Positions 50,350-63,225 of a DNA stretch of 64,000 bases are shown here, one piece after another; within the stretch, counting starts at the first letter, position 1, and each line of letters begins with the position of its first letter. Made by a program: the position numbers and the translations under genes. Below the pieces are notes generated by a model, which saw only the letters and a list, made by a program, of their open reading frames with translations, was not told the origin of the DNA and did not search any database. Source of the DNA: Eledone cirrhosa (taxonomy: Eukaryota); assembly GCA_964016885.1 (NCBI GenBank), contig OZ024742.1:346456001-346520000 (forward strand), in the 5' to 3' direction.

Positions 50350-53300
50350 AGTTTGTTGGAGGTGGAGGGTAAGCTAGATGGAGGGTAAGCTAGTTGGAGT
50401 AGGAGGGTAAGTTAGTTGGAGGTGGTGGGTAAGTTAGTTGGAGGTGGAGGGTAGGTTAGTTGGAGGTGGAGGGTAATTTAGTTGGAGGTGGAGGGTAAGC
50501 TAGTTGGAGGTTGAGGGTAAACTATTTGGAGGTGGAGGGTAAGTTAGTTGGAAGTGGAGGGTAAGGTAGTTGGAGGTGGAGGGTAAGTTAGTTGGATGTG
50601 GAGGGTAAGTTAGTGGAGGTGGAGGGTAGGTTAGTTGGAGGTGGAGGGTAGGTTAGTTGAAGCTGGAGGGTAAGTTAGTTGGGAGTGAGAATAAGTTAGT
50701 TGGAGGTGGAGGGTGAGCTAGTTGGAGTTGGAGGGTAAGTTAGTTGGAGGTGGAGGGTAAGCTATTTGGAGAAGGAGGGTAAGTTAGTTGGAGGTGGAGG
50801 GTAAGTTAGTTGGAGGTGGAGGGTAAGTTAGTTTGAAGTGGAGGGTAAGTTAGTTGGAGGTGGAGGGTAAGCTAGTTGGAGGTGGAGGGTAAGCTAGTTG
50901 GAGGTGGAGGGTAAGCTAGTTGGAGGTGGAGGGTAAGCTAGTTGGAGGTTGAGGGTAAGTTAGTTGGAAGTGGAGGGTAAGCTACTTGGAGGTGGAGGGT
51001 AAGTTAGTTGGAGTTGGAGGGTAGGTTAGTTGAAGCTGGAGGGTAAGTTAGTTGGGAGTGCGGATAAGTTAGTTGGAGGTGGAGGGTAAACTAGTTGGAG
51101 GTGGAGGGTAAGCTGTTTGGAGATGGAGGGTAAGTTAGTTGGAGGTGGAAGGTAAGTTAGTTGGAGGTGGAGGGTAAGTTAGTTGGAAGTGGAGGGTAAG
51201 TTAGTTGGAGGTGGAGGATAAGTTAGTTGGTGGTGGAGGGTAAGCTAGTTGGAAGTGGAGGGTAAGCTAGTTGGGGTTGGAGGGTAAGTTAGTTGGAAGT
51301 GGAGGGTAAGCTAGTTGGGGGTGGAGGGTAAGTTAGTTGGAGGTGGAGCGTAAGTTAGTTGGAGGTGGAGGGTAAACTAGTTGGAGGTGGGGGGGTAAGT
51401 TAGTTGGAGGTGGAGGGTAAGCTAGTTGGAGATGGAGGGTAAGTTAGTTGGAGGTGGAGGGTAAGCTAGTTGGAGATGGAGGGTAAGTTTGTTGGAGGTG
51501 GAGGGTAAGCTAGTTGGAGGGTAAGCTAGTTGGAGTAGGAGGGTAAGTTAGTTGGAGGTGGTGGGTAAGTTAGTTGGAGGTGGAGGGTAGGTTAGTTGGA
51601 GGTGGAGGGTAATTTAGTTGGAGGTGGAGGGTAAGCTAGTTGGAGGTTGAGGGTAAACTAGTTGGAGGTGGAGGGTAAGTTAGTTGGAAGTGGAGGGTAA
51701 GGTAGTTGGAGGTGGAGGGTAAGTTAGTTGGAAATGGAGGGTAAGCTAGTTGGAGATGGAGGGTAAGTTAGTTGGAGGTGGAGGGTAAGTTAGTTGGATG
51801 TGGAGGGTAAGTTATTTGGAGGTGGAGGGTAAGCTAGTTGGATGTGCAGGGTAAGTTAGTTGGAGGTGGAAGGTAGGTTAGTTGGAGGTGTAGGGTAAGT
51901 TGGTTGGAGGTGGAGGGTAAGCTAGTTGGAGGTGGAAGGTAAGCTAGTTGGAGGTGGAGGGTAAATTAGTTGGGGTGGAGGATAGGTTATTTGGAGATGG
52001 AGGGTAAGTTAGTTGGGGTGGGAGGGTAAGCTAGTTGGAGGTGGAGGGTAAGCTAGTTGGAGGTGGAGGGTAAGCTAGTTGGAGTAGGAGGGTAATTTAG
52101 TTGGAGGTGGAGGGTAAGTTAGTTGGAGAAGGAGGGTAGGTTAGTTGAAGCTGGAGGGTAAGTTAGTTGGGAGTGAGGATAAGTTAGTTGGAGGTGGCGG
52201 GTAAGCTAGTTGGAGGTGGAGGGTAAGTTAGTTGCAAGTGGAGGGTAAGCTAGTTGGAGATGGACGGTAAGTTAGTTGGAGGTGGAGGGTAAGGTAGTTG
52301 GAGGTGGAGGGCAGGCTAGTTGGGGGGTAAGCTAGTTGGAGTAGGAGCGTAAGTTAGTTGGAGGTGAAGGGTAGGTTAGTTGGAGGTGGAGTGTAAGCTA
52401 GTTGGAGGTGGAGGGTAAGTTAGTTGGAGGTGTATGGTAAGTTAGTTTGAGGTGGAGGGTAAGCTATTTGGAGGTGGAGGGTAAGTTAGTTGGAGGTGGA
52501 GGGTAAGTTAGTTGGAGGTGGAGGGTAGGTTAGTTGGAGGTGGAGGGTAAGTTAGTTGGTGGGGAGGGTGAGCTAGTTGGAGGTGGAGGGTAAGTTAGGT
52601 GGAGGTGGAGGGTAAATTAGTTGGCGTGGAGGATAATTTAGTAGGAGGTGGAGGGTAAGTTAGTTGGGGGTGGGGGGTAAGCTAGTTGGAGGTGGAGGGT
52701 AAGTTAGTTAGAGGTGGAGGGTAAGTTAGTTGGAGGGGGACGGTAGGCTATTTGGAGGTGGAGGGTAAGCTAGTTGGAGGTGGAGGGTAGGTTAGGTGGA
52801 GGTGGAGGGTAATTTAGTTGGAGGTGGAGGGTAAGCTAGTTGGAGGTTGAGGGTAAACTATTTGGAGGTGGAGGGTAAGTTAGTTGGAAGTGGAGGGTAA
52901 GGTAGTTGGAGGTGGAGGGTAAGTTAGTTGGATGTGGAGGGTAAGTTATTGGAGGTGGAGGGTAGGTTAGTTGGAGGTGGAAGGTAGGTTAGTTGAAGCT
53001 GGAGGGTAAGTTAGTTGGGAGTGAGAATAAGTTAGTTGGAGGTGGAGGGTGAGCTAGTTGGAGTTGGAGGGTAAGTTAGTTGGAGGTGGAGGGTAAGCTA
53101 TTTGGAGAAGGAGGGTAAGTTAGTTGGAGGTGGAGGGTAAGTTAGTTGGAGGTGGAGGGTAAGTTAGTTTGAAGTGGAGGGTAAGTTAGTTGGAGGTGGA
53201 GGGTAAGCTAGTTGGAGGTGGAGGGTAAGCTAGTTGGAGGTGGAGGGTAAGCTAGTTGGAGGTGGAGGGTAAGCTAGTTGGAGGTTGAGGGTAAGTTAGT

Positions 53301-56300
53301 TGGAAGTGGAGGGTAAGCTACTTGGAGGTGGAGGGTAAGTTAGTTGGGGTTGGAGGGTAGGTTAGTTGAAGCTGGAGGGTAAGTTAGTTGGGAGTGCGGA
53401 TAAGTTAGTTGGAGGTGGAGGGTAAACTAGTTGGAGGTGGAGGGTAAGCTGTTTGGAGATGGAGGGTAAGTTAGTTGGAGGTGGAAGGTAAGTTAGTTGG
53501 AGGTGGAGGGTAAGTTAGTTGGAAGTGGAGGGTAAGTTAGTTGGAGGTGGAGGATAAGTTAGTTGGTGGTGGAGGGTAAGCTAGTTGGAAGTGGAGGGTA
53601 AGCTAGTTGGGGTTGGAGGGTAAGTTAGTTGGAAGTGGAGGGTAAGCGAGTTGGGGGTGGAGGGTAAGTTAGTTGGAGGTGGAGCGTAATTTAGTTGGAG
53701 GTGGAGGGTAAACTAGTTGGAGGTGGGGGGGTAAGTTAGTTGGAGGTGGAGGGTAAGCTAGTTGGAGATGGAGGGTAAGTTAGTTGGAGGTGGAGGGTAA
53801 GCTAGTTGGAGATGGAGGGTTAGTTTGTTGGAGGTGGAGGGTAAGCTAGTTGGAGGGTAAGCTAGTTGGAGTAGGAGGGTAAGTTAGTTGGAGGTGGTGG
53901 GTAAGTTAGTTGGAGGTGGAGGGTAGGTTAGTTGGAGGTGGAGGGTAATTTAGTTGGAGGTGGAGGGTAAGCTAGTTGGAGGTTGAGGGTAAACTAGTTG
54001 GAGGTGGAGGGTAAGTTAGTTGGAAGTGGAGGGTAAGGTAGTTGGAGGTGGAGGGTAAGTTAGTTGGAAATGGAGGGTAAGCTAGTTGGAGATGGAGGGT
54101 AAGTTAGTTGGAGGTGGAGGGTAAGCTATTTGGAGAAGGAGGGTAAGTTAGTTGGAGGTGGAGGGTAAGTTAGTTGGAGGTGGAGGGTAAGTTAGTTTGA
54201 AGTGGAGGGTAAGTTAGTTGGAGGTGGAGGGTAAGCTAGTTGGAGGTGGAGGGTAAGCTAGTTGGAGGTGGAGGGTAAGCTAGTTGGAGGTGGAGGGTAA
54301 GCTAGTTGGAGGTTGAGGGTAAGTTAGTTGGAAGTGGAGGGTAAGCTACTTGGAGGTGGAGGGTAAGTTAGTTGGAGTTGGAGGGTAGGTTAGTTGAAGC
54401 TGGAGGGTAAGTTAGTTGGGAGTGCGGATAAGTTAGTTGGAGGTGGAGGGTAAACTAGTTGGAGGTGGAGGGTAAGCTGTTTGGAGATGGAGGGTAAGTT
54501 AGTTGGAGGTGGAAGGTAAGTTAGTTGGAGGTGGAGGGTAAGTTAGTTGGAAGTGGAGGGTAAGTTAGTTGGAGGTGGAGGATAAGTTAGTTGGTGGTGG
54601 AGGGTAAGCTAGTTGGAAGTGGAGGGTAAGCTAGTTGGGGTTGGAGGGTAAGTTAGTTGGAAGTGGAGGGTAAGCTAGTTGGGGGTGGAGGGTAAGTTAG
54701 TTGGAGGTGGAGCGTAAGTTAGTTGGAGGTGGAGGGTAAACTAGTTGGAGGTGGGGGGGTAAGTTAGTTGGAGGTGGAGGGTAAGCTAGTTGGAGATGGA
54801 GGGTAAGTTAGTTGGAGGTGGAGGGTAAGCTAGTTGGAGATGGAGGGTAAGTTTGTTGGAGGTGGAGGGTAAGCTAGTTGGAGGGTAAGCTAGTTGGAGT
54901 AGGAGGGTAAGTTAGTTGGAGGTGGTGGGTAAGTTAGTTGGAGGTGGAGGGTAGGTTAGTTGGAGGTGGAGGGTAATTTAGTTGGAGGTGGAGGGTAAGC
55001 TAGTTGGAGGTTGAGGGTAAACTAGTTGGAGGTGGAGGGTAAGTTAGTTGGAAGTGGAGGGTAAGGTAGTTGGAGGTGGAGGGTAAGTTAGTTGGAAATG
55101 GAGGGTAAGCTAGTTGGAGATGGAGGGTAAGTTAGTTGGAGGTGGAGGGTAAGTTAGTTGGATGTGGAGGGTAAGTTATTTGGAGGTGGAGGGTAAGCTA
55201 GTTGGATGTGCAGGGTAAGTTAGTTGGAGGTGGAAGGTAGGTTAGTTGGAGGTGTAGGGTAAGTTGGTTGGAGGTGGAGGGTAAGCTAGTTGGAAGTGGA
55301 GGGTAAGCTAGTTGGAGGTGGAGGGTAAATTAGTTGGGGTGGAGGATAGGTTATTTGGAGATGGAGGGTAAGTTAGTTGGGGTGGGAGGGTAAGCTAGTT
55401 GGAGGTGGAGGGTAAGCTAGTTGGAGGTGGAGGGTAAGCTAGTTGGAGTAGGAGGGTAATTTAGTTGGAGGTGGAGGGTAAGTTAGTTGGAGAAGGAGGG
55501 TAGGTTAGTTGAAGCTGGAGGGTAAGTTAGTTGGGAGTGAGGATAAGTTAGTTGGAGGTGGCGGGTAAGCTAGTTGGAGGTGGAGGGTAAGTTAGTTGCA
55601 AGTGGAGGGTAAGCTAGTTGGAGATGGACGGTAAGTTAGTTGGAGGTGGAGGGTAAGGTAGTTGGAGGTGGAGGGCAGGCTAGTTGGGGGGTAAGCTAGT
55701 TGGAGTAGGAGCGTAAGTTAGTTGGAGGTGAAGGGTAGGTTAGTTGGAGGTGGAGTGTAAGCTAGTTGGAGGTGGAGGGTAAGTTAGTTGGAGGTGTATG
55801 GTAAGTTAGTTTGAGGTGGAGGGTAAGCTATTTGGAGGTGGAGGGTAAGTTAGTTGGAGGTGGAGGGTAAGTTAGTTGGAGGTGGAGGGTAGGTTAGTTG
55901 GAGGTGGAGGGTAAGTTAGTTGGTGGGGAGGGTGAGCTAGTTGGAGGTGGAGGGTAAGTTAGTTGGAGGTGGAGGGTAAATTAGTTGGCGTGGAGGATAA
56001 TTTAGTAGGAGGTGGAGGGTAAGTTAGTTGGGGGTGGGGGGTAAGCTAGTTGGAGGTGGAGGGTAAGTTAGTTAGAGGTGGAGGGTAAGTTAGTTGGAGG
56101 GGGACGGTAGGCTATTTGGAGGTGGAGGGTAAGCTAGTTGGAGGTGGAGGGTAGGTTAGGTGGAGGTGGAGGGTAATTTAGTTGGAGGTGGAGGGTAAGC
56201 TAGTTGGAGGTTGAGGGTAAACTATTTGGAGGTGGAGGGTAAGTTAGTTGGAAGTGGAGGGTAAGGTAGTTGGAGGTGGAGGGTAAGTTAGTTGGATGTG

Positions 56301-57450
56301 GAGGGTAAGTTAGTGGAGGTGGAGGGTAGGTTAGTTGGAGGTGGAAGGTAGGTTAGTTGAAGCTGGAGGGTAAGTTAGTTGGGAGTGAGAATAAGTTAGT
56401 TGGAGGTGGAGGGTGAGCTAGTTGGAGTTGGAGGGTAAGTTAGTTGGAGGTGGAGGGTAAGCTATTTGGAGAAGGAGGGTAAGTTAGTTGGAGGTGGAGG
56501 GTAAGTTAGTTGGAGGTGGAGGGTAAGTTAGTTGGAGGTGGAGGGTAAGTTAGTTTGAAGTGGAGGGTAAGTTAGTTGGAGGTGGAGGGTAAGCTAGTTG
56601 GAGGTGGAGGGTAAGCTAGTTGGAGGTGGAGGGTAAGCTAGTTGGAGGTGGAGGGTAAGCTAGTTGGAGGTTGAGGGTAAGTTAGTTGGAAGTGGAGGGT
56701 AAGCTACTTGGAGGTGGAGGGTAAGTTAGTTGGGGTTGGAGGGTAGGTTAGTTGAAGCTGGAGGGTAAGTTAGTTGGGAGTGCGGATAAGTTAGTTGGAG
56801 GTGGAGGGTAAACTAGTTGGAGGTGGAGGGTAAGCTGTTTGGAGATGGAGGGTAAGTTAGTTGGAGGTGGAAGGTAAGTTAGTTGGAGGTGGAGGGTAAG
56901 TTAGTTGGAAGTGGAGGGTAAGTTAGTTGGAGGTGGAGGATAAGTTAGTTGGTGGTGGAGGGTAAGCTAGTTGGAAGTGGAGGGTAAGCTAGTTGGGGTT
57001 GGAGGGTAAGTTAGTTGGAAGTGGAGGGTAAGCTAGTTGGGGGTGGAGGGTAAGTTAGTTGGAGGTGGAGCGTAATTTAGTTGGAGGTGGAGGGTAAACT
57101 AGTTGGAGGTGGGGGGGTAAGTTAGTTGGAGGTGGAGGGTAAGCTAGTTGGAGATGGAGGGTAAGTTAGTTGGAGGTGGAGGGTAAGCTAGTTGGAGATG
57201 GAGGGTTAGTTTGTTGGAGGTGGAGGGTAAGCTAGTTGGAGGGTAAGCTAGTTGGAGTAGGAGGGTAAGTTAGTTGGAGGTGGTGGGTAAGTTAGTTGGA
57301 GGTGGAGGGTAGGTTAGTTGGAGGTGGAGGGTAATTTAGTTGGAGGTGGAGGGTAAGCTAGTTGGAGGTTGAGGGTAAACTAGTTGGAGGTGGAGGGTTA
57401 GTTAGTTGGAAGTGGAGGGTAAGGTAGTTGGAGGTGGAGGGTAAGTTAGT
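50350..57450 (+). repeat. Distal higher-order duplications, offsets ~2.34 kb and ~3.36-3.39 kb
   Basis: Marker gagtgCggataag at 51061, 53397, 54425 and 56783 (offsets 2336, 3364, 3386). Confidence 0.8.
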
Positions 57451-57499
57451 TGGAAATGGAGGGTAAGCTAGTTGGAGATGGAGGGTAAGTTAGTTGGAG

Positions 57500-60400
57500 G
57501 TGGAGGGTAAGTTAGTTGGATGTGGAGGGTAAGTTATTTGGAGGTGGAGGGTAAGCTAGTTGGATGTGCAGGGTAAGTTAGTTGGAGGTGGAAGGTAGGT
57601 TAGTTGGAGGTGGAGGGTAAGTTGGTTGGAGGTGGAGGGTAAGCTAGTTGGAGGTGGAGGGTAAGCTAGTTGGAGGTGGAGGGTAAATTAGTTGGGGTGG
57701 AGGATAGGTTATTTGGAGATGGAGGGTAAGTTAGTTGGGGTGGGAGGGTAAGCTAGTTGGAGGTGGAGGGTAAGCTAGTTGGAGGTGGAGGGTAAGCTAG
57801 TTGGAGTAGGAGGGTAATTTAGTTGGAGGTGGAGGGTAAGTTAGTTGGAGAAGGAGGGTAGGTTAGTTGAAGCTGGAGGGTAAGTTAGTTGGGAGTGAGG
57901 ATAAGTTAGTTGGAGGTGGCGGGTAAGCTAGTAGGAGGTGGAGGGTAAGTTAGTTGCAAGTGGAGGGTAAGCTAGTTGGAGATGGACGGTAAGTTAGTTG
58001 GAGGTGGAGGGTAAGGTAGTTGGAGGTGGAGGGCAGGCTAGTTGGGGGGTAAGCTAGTTGGAGTAGGAGCGTAAGTTAGTTGGAGGTGAAGGGTAGGTTA
58101 GTTGGAGGTGGAGTGTAAGCTGGTTGGAGGTGGAGGGTAAGTTAGTTGGAGGTGTATGGTAAGTTAGTTTGAGGTGGAGGGTAAGCTATTTGGAGGTGGA
58201 GGGTAAGTTAGTTGGAGGTGGAGGGTAAGTTAGTTGGAGGTGGAGGGTAGGTTAGTTGGAGGTGGAGGGTAAGTTAGTTGGTGGGGAGGGTGAGCTAGTT
58301 GGAGGTGGAGGGTAAGTTAGTTGGAGGTGGAGGGTAAATTAGTTGGCGTGGAGGATGATTTAGTAGGAGGTGGAGGGTAAGTTATTTGGGGGTGGGGGGT
58401 AAGCTAGTTGGAGGTGGAGGGTAAGTTAGTTAGAGGTGGAGGGTAAGTTAGTTGGAGGGGGACGGTAGGCTATTTGGAGGTGGAGGGTAAGCTAGTTGGA
58501 GGTGGAGGGTAAGCTTGTTGGAGGTTGAGGGTAAGTTAGTTGGAAGTGGAGGGTAAGCTAGTTTGAGGTGGAGGGTAAGCTAGTTGGAAGTTGAGCGTAA
58601 GTTAGTTGGAAGTTGATGGTAAGCTAGTTGGAGGTGGAGGGTAAACTAGTTGGAGGTGGGGGGGTAAGTTAGTTGGAGGTGGAGGGTAAGCTAGTTGGAG
58701 ATGGAGGGTAAGTTAGTTGGAGGTGGAGGGTAAGCTAGTTGGAGATGGAGGGTAAGTTTGTTGGAGGTGGAGGGTAAGCTAGATGGAGGGTAAGCTAGTT
58801 GGAGTAGGAGGGTAAGTTAGTTGGAGGTGGTGGGTAAGTTAGTTGGAGGTGGAGGGTAGGTTAGTTGGAGGTGGAGGGTAATTTAGTTGGAGGTGGAGGG
58901 TAAGCTAGTTGGAGGTTGAGGGTAAACTATTTGGAGGTGGAGGGTAAGTTAGTTGGAAGTGGAGGGTAAGGTAGTTGGAGGTGGAGGGTAAGTTAGTTGG
59001 ATGTGGAGGGTAAGTTAGTGGAGGTGGAGGGTAGGTTAGTTGGAGGTGGAGGGTAGGTTAGTTGAAACTGGAGGGTAAGTTAGTTGGGAGTGAGAATAAG
59101 TTAGTTGGAGGTGGAGGGTGAGCTAGTTGGAGTTGGAGGGTAAGTTAGTTGGAGGTGGAGTGTAAGCTATTTGGAGAAGGGGGTAAGTTAGTTGGAGGTG
59201 GAGGGTAAGTTAGTTGGAGGTGGAGGGTAAGTTAGTTTGAAGTGGAGGGTAAGTTAGTTGGAGGTGGAGGGTAAGCTAGTTGGAGGTGGAGGGTAAGCTA
59301 GTTGGAGGTGGAGGGTAAGCTAGTTGGAGGTGGAGGGTAAGCTAGTTGGAGGTTGAGGGTAAGTTAGTTGGAAGTGGAGGGTAAGCTACTTGGAGGTGGA
59401 GGGTAAGTTAGTTGGAGGTGGAGGGTAAGTTAGTTGGAGGTGGAGGGTAAGCTAGTTGGAGGTGGAGGGTAAGCTAGTTGGAGGTGGAGGGTAAGCTAGT
59501 TGGAGATGGAGGGTAAGTTAGTTGGAGGTGGAGGGTAGGTTAGTTGATGCTGGAGGGTAAGTTAGTTGGGAGTGCGGATAAGTTAGTTGGAGGTGGAGGG
59601 TAAACTAGTTGGAGGTGGAGGGTAAGCTGTTTGGAGATGGAGGGTAAGTTAGTTGGAGGTGGAAGGTAAGTTAGTTGGAGGTGGAGGGTAAGTTAGTTGG
59701 AAGTGGAGGGTAAGTTAGTTGGAGGTGGAGGATAAGTTAGTTGGTGGTGGAGGGTAAGCTAGTTGGAGGTGGAGGGTAAGCTAGTTGGAGGTTGAGGGTA
59801 AACTAGTTGGAGGTGGAGGGTAAGTTAGTTGGATGGAGGGTAAGTGAGTTGGATATGAAGGGTAATTTAGTTGGACATGGAGGGTAGGTTAGTTGGAGGT
59901 GGAGGGTAAGCTAGTTGGGGGTGGAGGGTAAGTTAGTTGGAGGTGGAGCGTAAGTTAGTTGGAGGTGGAGGGTAAGCTACTTGGAGATGGAGGATAAGTT
60001 AGTTGGATGTGGAGGGTAAGTTATTTGGAGGTGGAGGGTAAGCTAGTTGGATGTGCAGGGTAAGTTAGTTGGAGGTGGAAGGTAGGTTAGTTGGAGGTGG
60101 AGGGTAAGTTGGTTGGAGGTGGAGGGTAAGCTAGTTGGAGGTGGAGGGTAAGCTAGTTGGAGGTGGAGGGTAAATTAGTTGGGGTGGAGGATAGGTTATT
60201 TGGAGATGGAGGGTAAGTTAGTTGGGGTGGGAGGGTAAGCTAGTTGGAGGTGGAGGGTAAGCTAGTTGGAGGTGGAGGGTAAGCTAGTTGGAGTAGGAGG
60301 GTAATTTAGTTGGAGGTGGAGGGTAAGTTAGTTGGAGAAGGAGGGTAGGTTAGTTGAAGCTGGAGGGTAAGTTAGTTGGGAGTGAGGATAAGTTAGTTGG

Positions 60401-62490
60401 AGGTGGCGGGTAAGCTAGTAGGAGGTGGAGGGTAAGTTAGTTGCAAGTGGAGGGTAAGCTAGTTGGAGATGGACGGTAAGTTAGTTGGAGGTGGAGGGTA
60501 AGGTAGTTGGAGGTGGAGGGCAGGCTAGTTGGGGGGTAAGCTAGTTGGAGTAGGAGCGTAAGTTAGTTGGAGGTGAAGGGTAGGTTAGTTGGAGGTGGAG
60601 TGTAAGCTAGTTGGAGGTGGAGGGTAAGTTAGTTGGAGGTGTATGGTAAGTTAGTTTGAGGTGGAGGGTAAGCTATTTGGAGGTGGAGGGTAAGTTAGTT
60701 GGAGGTGGAGGGTAAGTTAGTTGGAGGTGGAGGGTAGGTTAGTTGGAGGTGGAGGGTAAGTTAGTTGGTGGGGAGGGTGAGCTAGTTGGAGGTGGAGGGT
60801 AAGTTAGTTGGAGGTGGAGGGTAAATTAGTTGGCGTGGAGGATGATTTAGTAGGAGGTGGAGGGTAAGTTAGTTGGGGGTGGGGGGTAAGCTAGTTGGAG
60901 GTGGAGGGTAAGTTAGTTAGAGGTGGAGGGTAAGTTAGTTGGAGGGGGACGGTAGGCTATTTGGAGGTGGAGGGTAAGCTAGTTGGAGGTGGAGGGTAAG
61001 CTTGTTGGAGGTTGAGGGTAAGTTAGTTGGAAGTGGAGGGTAAGCTAGTTTGAGGTGGAGGGTAAGCTAGTTGGAAGTTGAGCGTAAGTTAGTTGGAAGT
61101 TGATGGTAAGCTAGTTGGAGGTGGAGGGTAAACTAGTTGGAGGTGGGGGTTAAGTTAGTTGGAGGTGGAGGGTAAGCTAGTTGGAGATGGAGGGTAAGTT
61201 AGTTGGAGGTGGAGGGTAAGCTAGTTGGAGATGGAGGGTAAGTTTGTTGGAGGTGGAGGGTAAGCTAGATGGAGGGTAAGCTAGTTGGAGTAGGAGGGTA
61301 AGTTAGTTGGAGGTGGTGGGTAAGTTAGTTGGAGGTGGAGGGTAGGTTAGTTGGAGGTGGAGGGTAATTTAGTTGGAGGTGGAGGGTAAGCTAGTTGGAG
61401 GTTGAGGGTAAACTATTTGGAGGTGGAGGGTAAGTTAGTTGGAAGTGGAGGGTAAGGTAGTTGGAGGTGGAGGGTAAGTTAGTTGGATGTGGAGGGTAAG
61501 TTAGTGGAGGTGGAGGGTAGGTTAGTTGGAGGTGGAGGGTAGGTTAGTTGAAACTGGAGGGTAAGTTAGTTGGGAGTGAGAATAAGTTAGTTGGAGGTGG
61601 AGGGTGAGCTAGTTGGAGTTGGAGGGTAAGTTAGTTGGAGGTGGAGTGTAAGCTATTTGGAGAAGGGGGTAAGTTAGTTGGAGGTGGAGGGTAAGTTAGT
61701 TGGAGGTGGAGGGTAAGTTAGTTTGAAGTGGAGGGTAAGTTAGTTGGAGGTGGAGGGTAAGCTAGTTGGAGGTGGAGGGTAAGCTAGTTGGAGGTGGAGG
61801 GTAAGCTAGTTGGAGGTGGAGGGTAAGCTAGTTGGAGGTTGAGGGTAAGTTAGTTGGAAGTGGAGGGTAAGCTACTTGGAGGTGGAGGGTAAGTTAGTTG
61901 GAGGTGGAGGGTAAGTTAGTTGGAGGTGGAGGGTAAGCTAGTTGGAGGTGGAGGGTAAGCTAGTTGGAGGTGGAGGGTAAGCTAGTTGGAGATGGAGGGT
62001 AAGTTAGTTGGAGGTGGAGGGTAGGTTAGTTGATGCTGGAGGGTAAGTTAGTTGGGAGTGCGGATAAGTTAGTTGGAGGTGGAGGGTAAACTAGTTGGAG
62101 GTGGAGGGTAAGCTGTTTGGAGATGGAGGGTAAGTTAGTTGGAGGTGGAAGGTAAGTTAGTTGGAGGTGGAGGGTAAGTTAGTTGGAAGTGGAGGGTAAG
62201 TTAGTTGGAGGTGGAGGATAAGTTAGTTGGTGGTGGAGGGTAAGCTAGTTGGAGGTGGAGGGTAAGCTAGTTGGAGGTTGAGGGTAAACTAGTTGGAGGT
62301 GGAGGGTAAGTTAGTTGGATGGAGGGTAAGTGAGTTGGATATGAAGGGTAATTTAGTTGGACATGGAGGGTAGGTTAGTTGGAGGTGGAGGGTAAGCTAG
62401 TTGGGGGTGGAGGGTAAGTTAGTTGGAGGTGGAGCGTAAGTTAGTTGGAGGTGGAGGGTAAGCTACTTGGAGATGGAGGATAAGTTAGTT
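57500..62490 (+). repeat. Tandem higher-order duplication, 2486-bp period, near the array end
   Basis: Markers gaaaCtgg at 59068/61554, tgatgCtgg at 59550/62036 and gctaCttggagatggaggata at 59980/62466 all give offset 2486. Confidence 0.9.
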
Positions 62491-63225
62491 GGAGGTAGAG
62501 GGTAAGTTACTTGGCGGTGGAGGGTAAGTTTGTTGGAGGTGGAGGGTAGGTTAGTTGAAGCTGGAGGGTAAGTTAGTTGGGAGTGCGGATAAGTTAGTTG
62601 TAGGTGGAGGGTAAACTAGTTGAAGCTGGAGGGTAAGTTAGTTGAAGGTGGAGGATAAGCTGGTTGGAGATGGAGGGTAAGTTAGTTGGATGTGGAGGGT
62701 AAGTTAGTGGAGGTGGAGGGTAGGTTAGTTGGAGGTGGAGGGTAGGTTAGTTGAAGCTGGAGGGTAAGTTAGTTGGGAGTGAGGATAAGTTAGTTGGAGG
62801 TGGAGGGTGAGCTAGTTGGAGTTGGAGGGTAAGTTAGTTGGAGGTGGAGGGTAAGCTAGTTGGAGAAGGAGGGTAAGTTAGTTGGAGGTGGAGGGTAAGT
62901 TAGTTGGAGGTGGAGGGTAAGTTAGTTTGAAGTGGAGGGTAAGTTAGTTGGAGGTGGAGGGTAAGCTAGTTGGAGGTGGAGGGTAAGCTAGTTGGAGGTG
63001 GAGGGTAAGCTAGTTGGAGGTGGAGGGTAAGCTAGTTGGAGGTTGAGGGTAAGTTAGTTGGAAGTGGAGGGTAAGCTAGTTGGAGGTGGAGGGTAAGTTA
63101 GTTGGAAATGGAGGGTAAGTTATTTGGAGGTGGAGGGTAAGTTAGTTGGAGGTGGAGGGTAAGCTAGTTGGAGGTGGAGAGTAAGCTAGTTGTAGGTTGT
63201 GGGTAAACTAGTTGGGAGGATAAGG

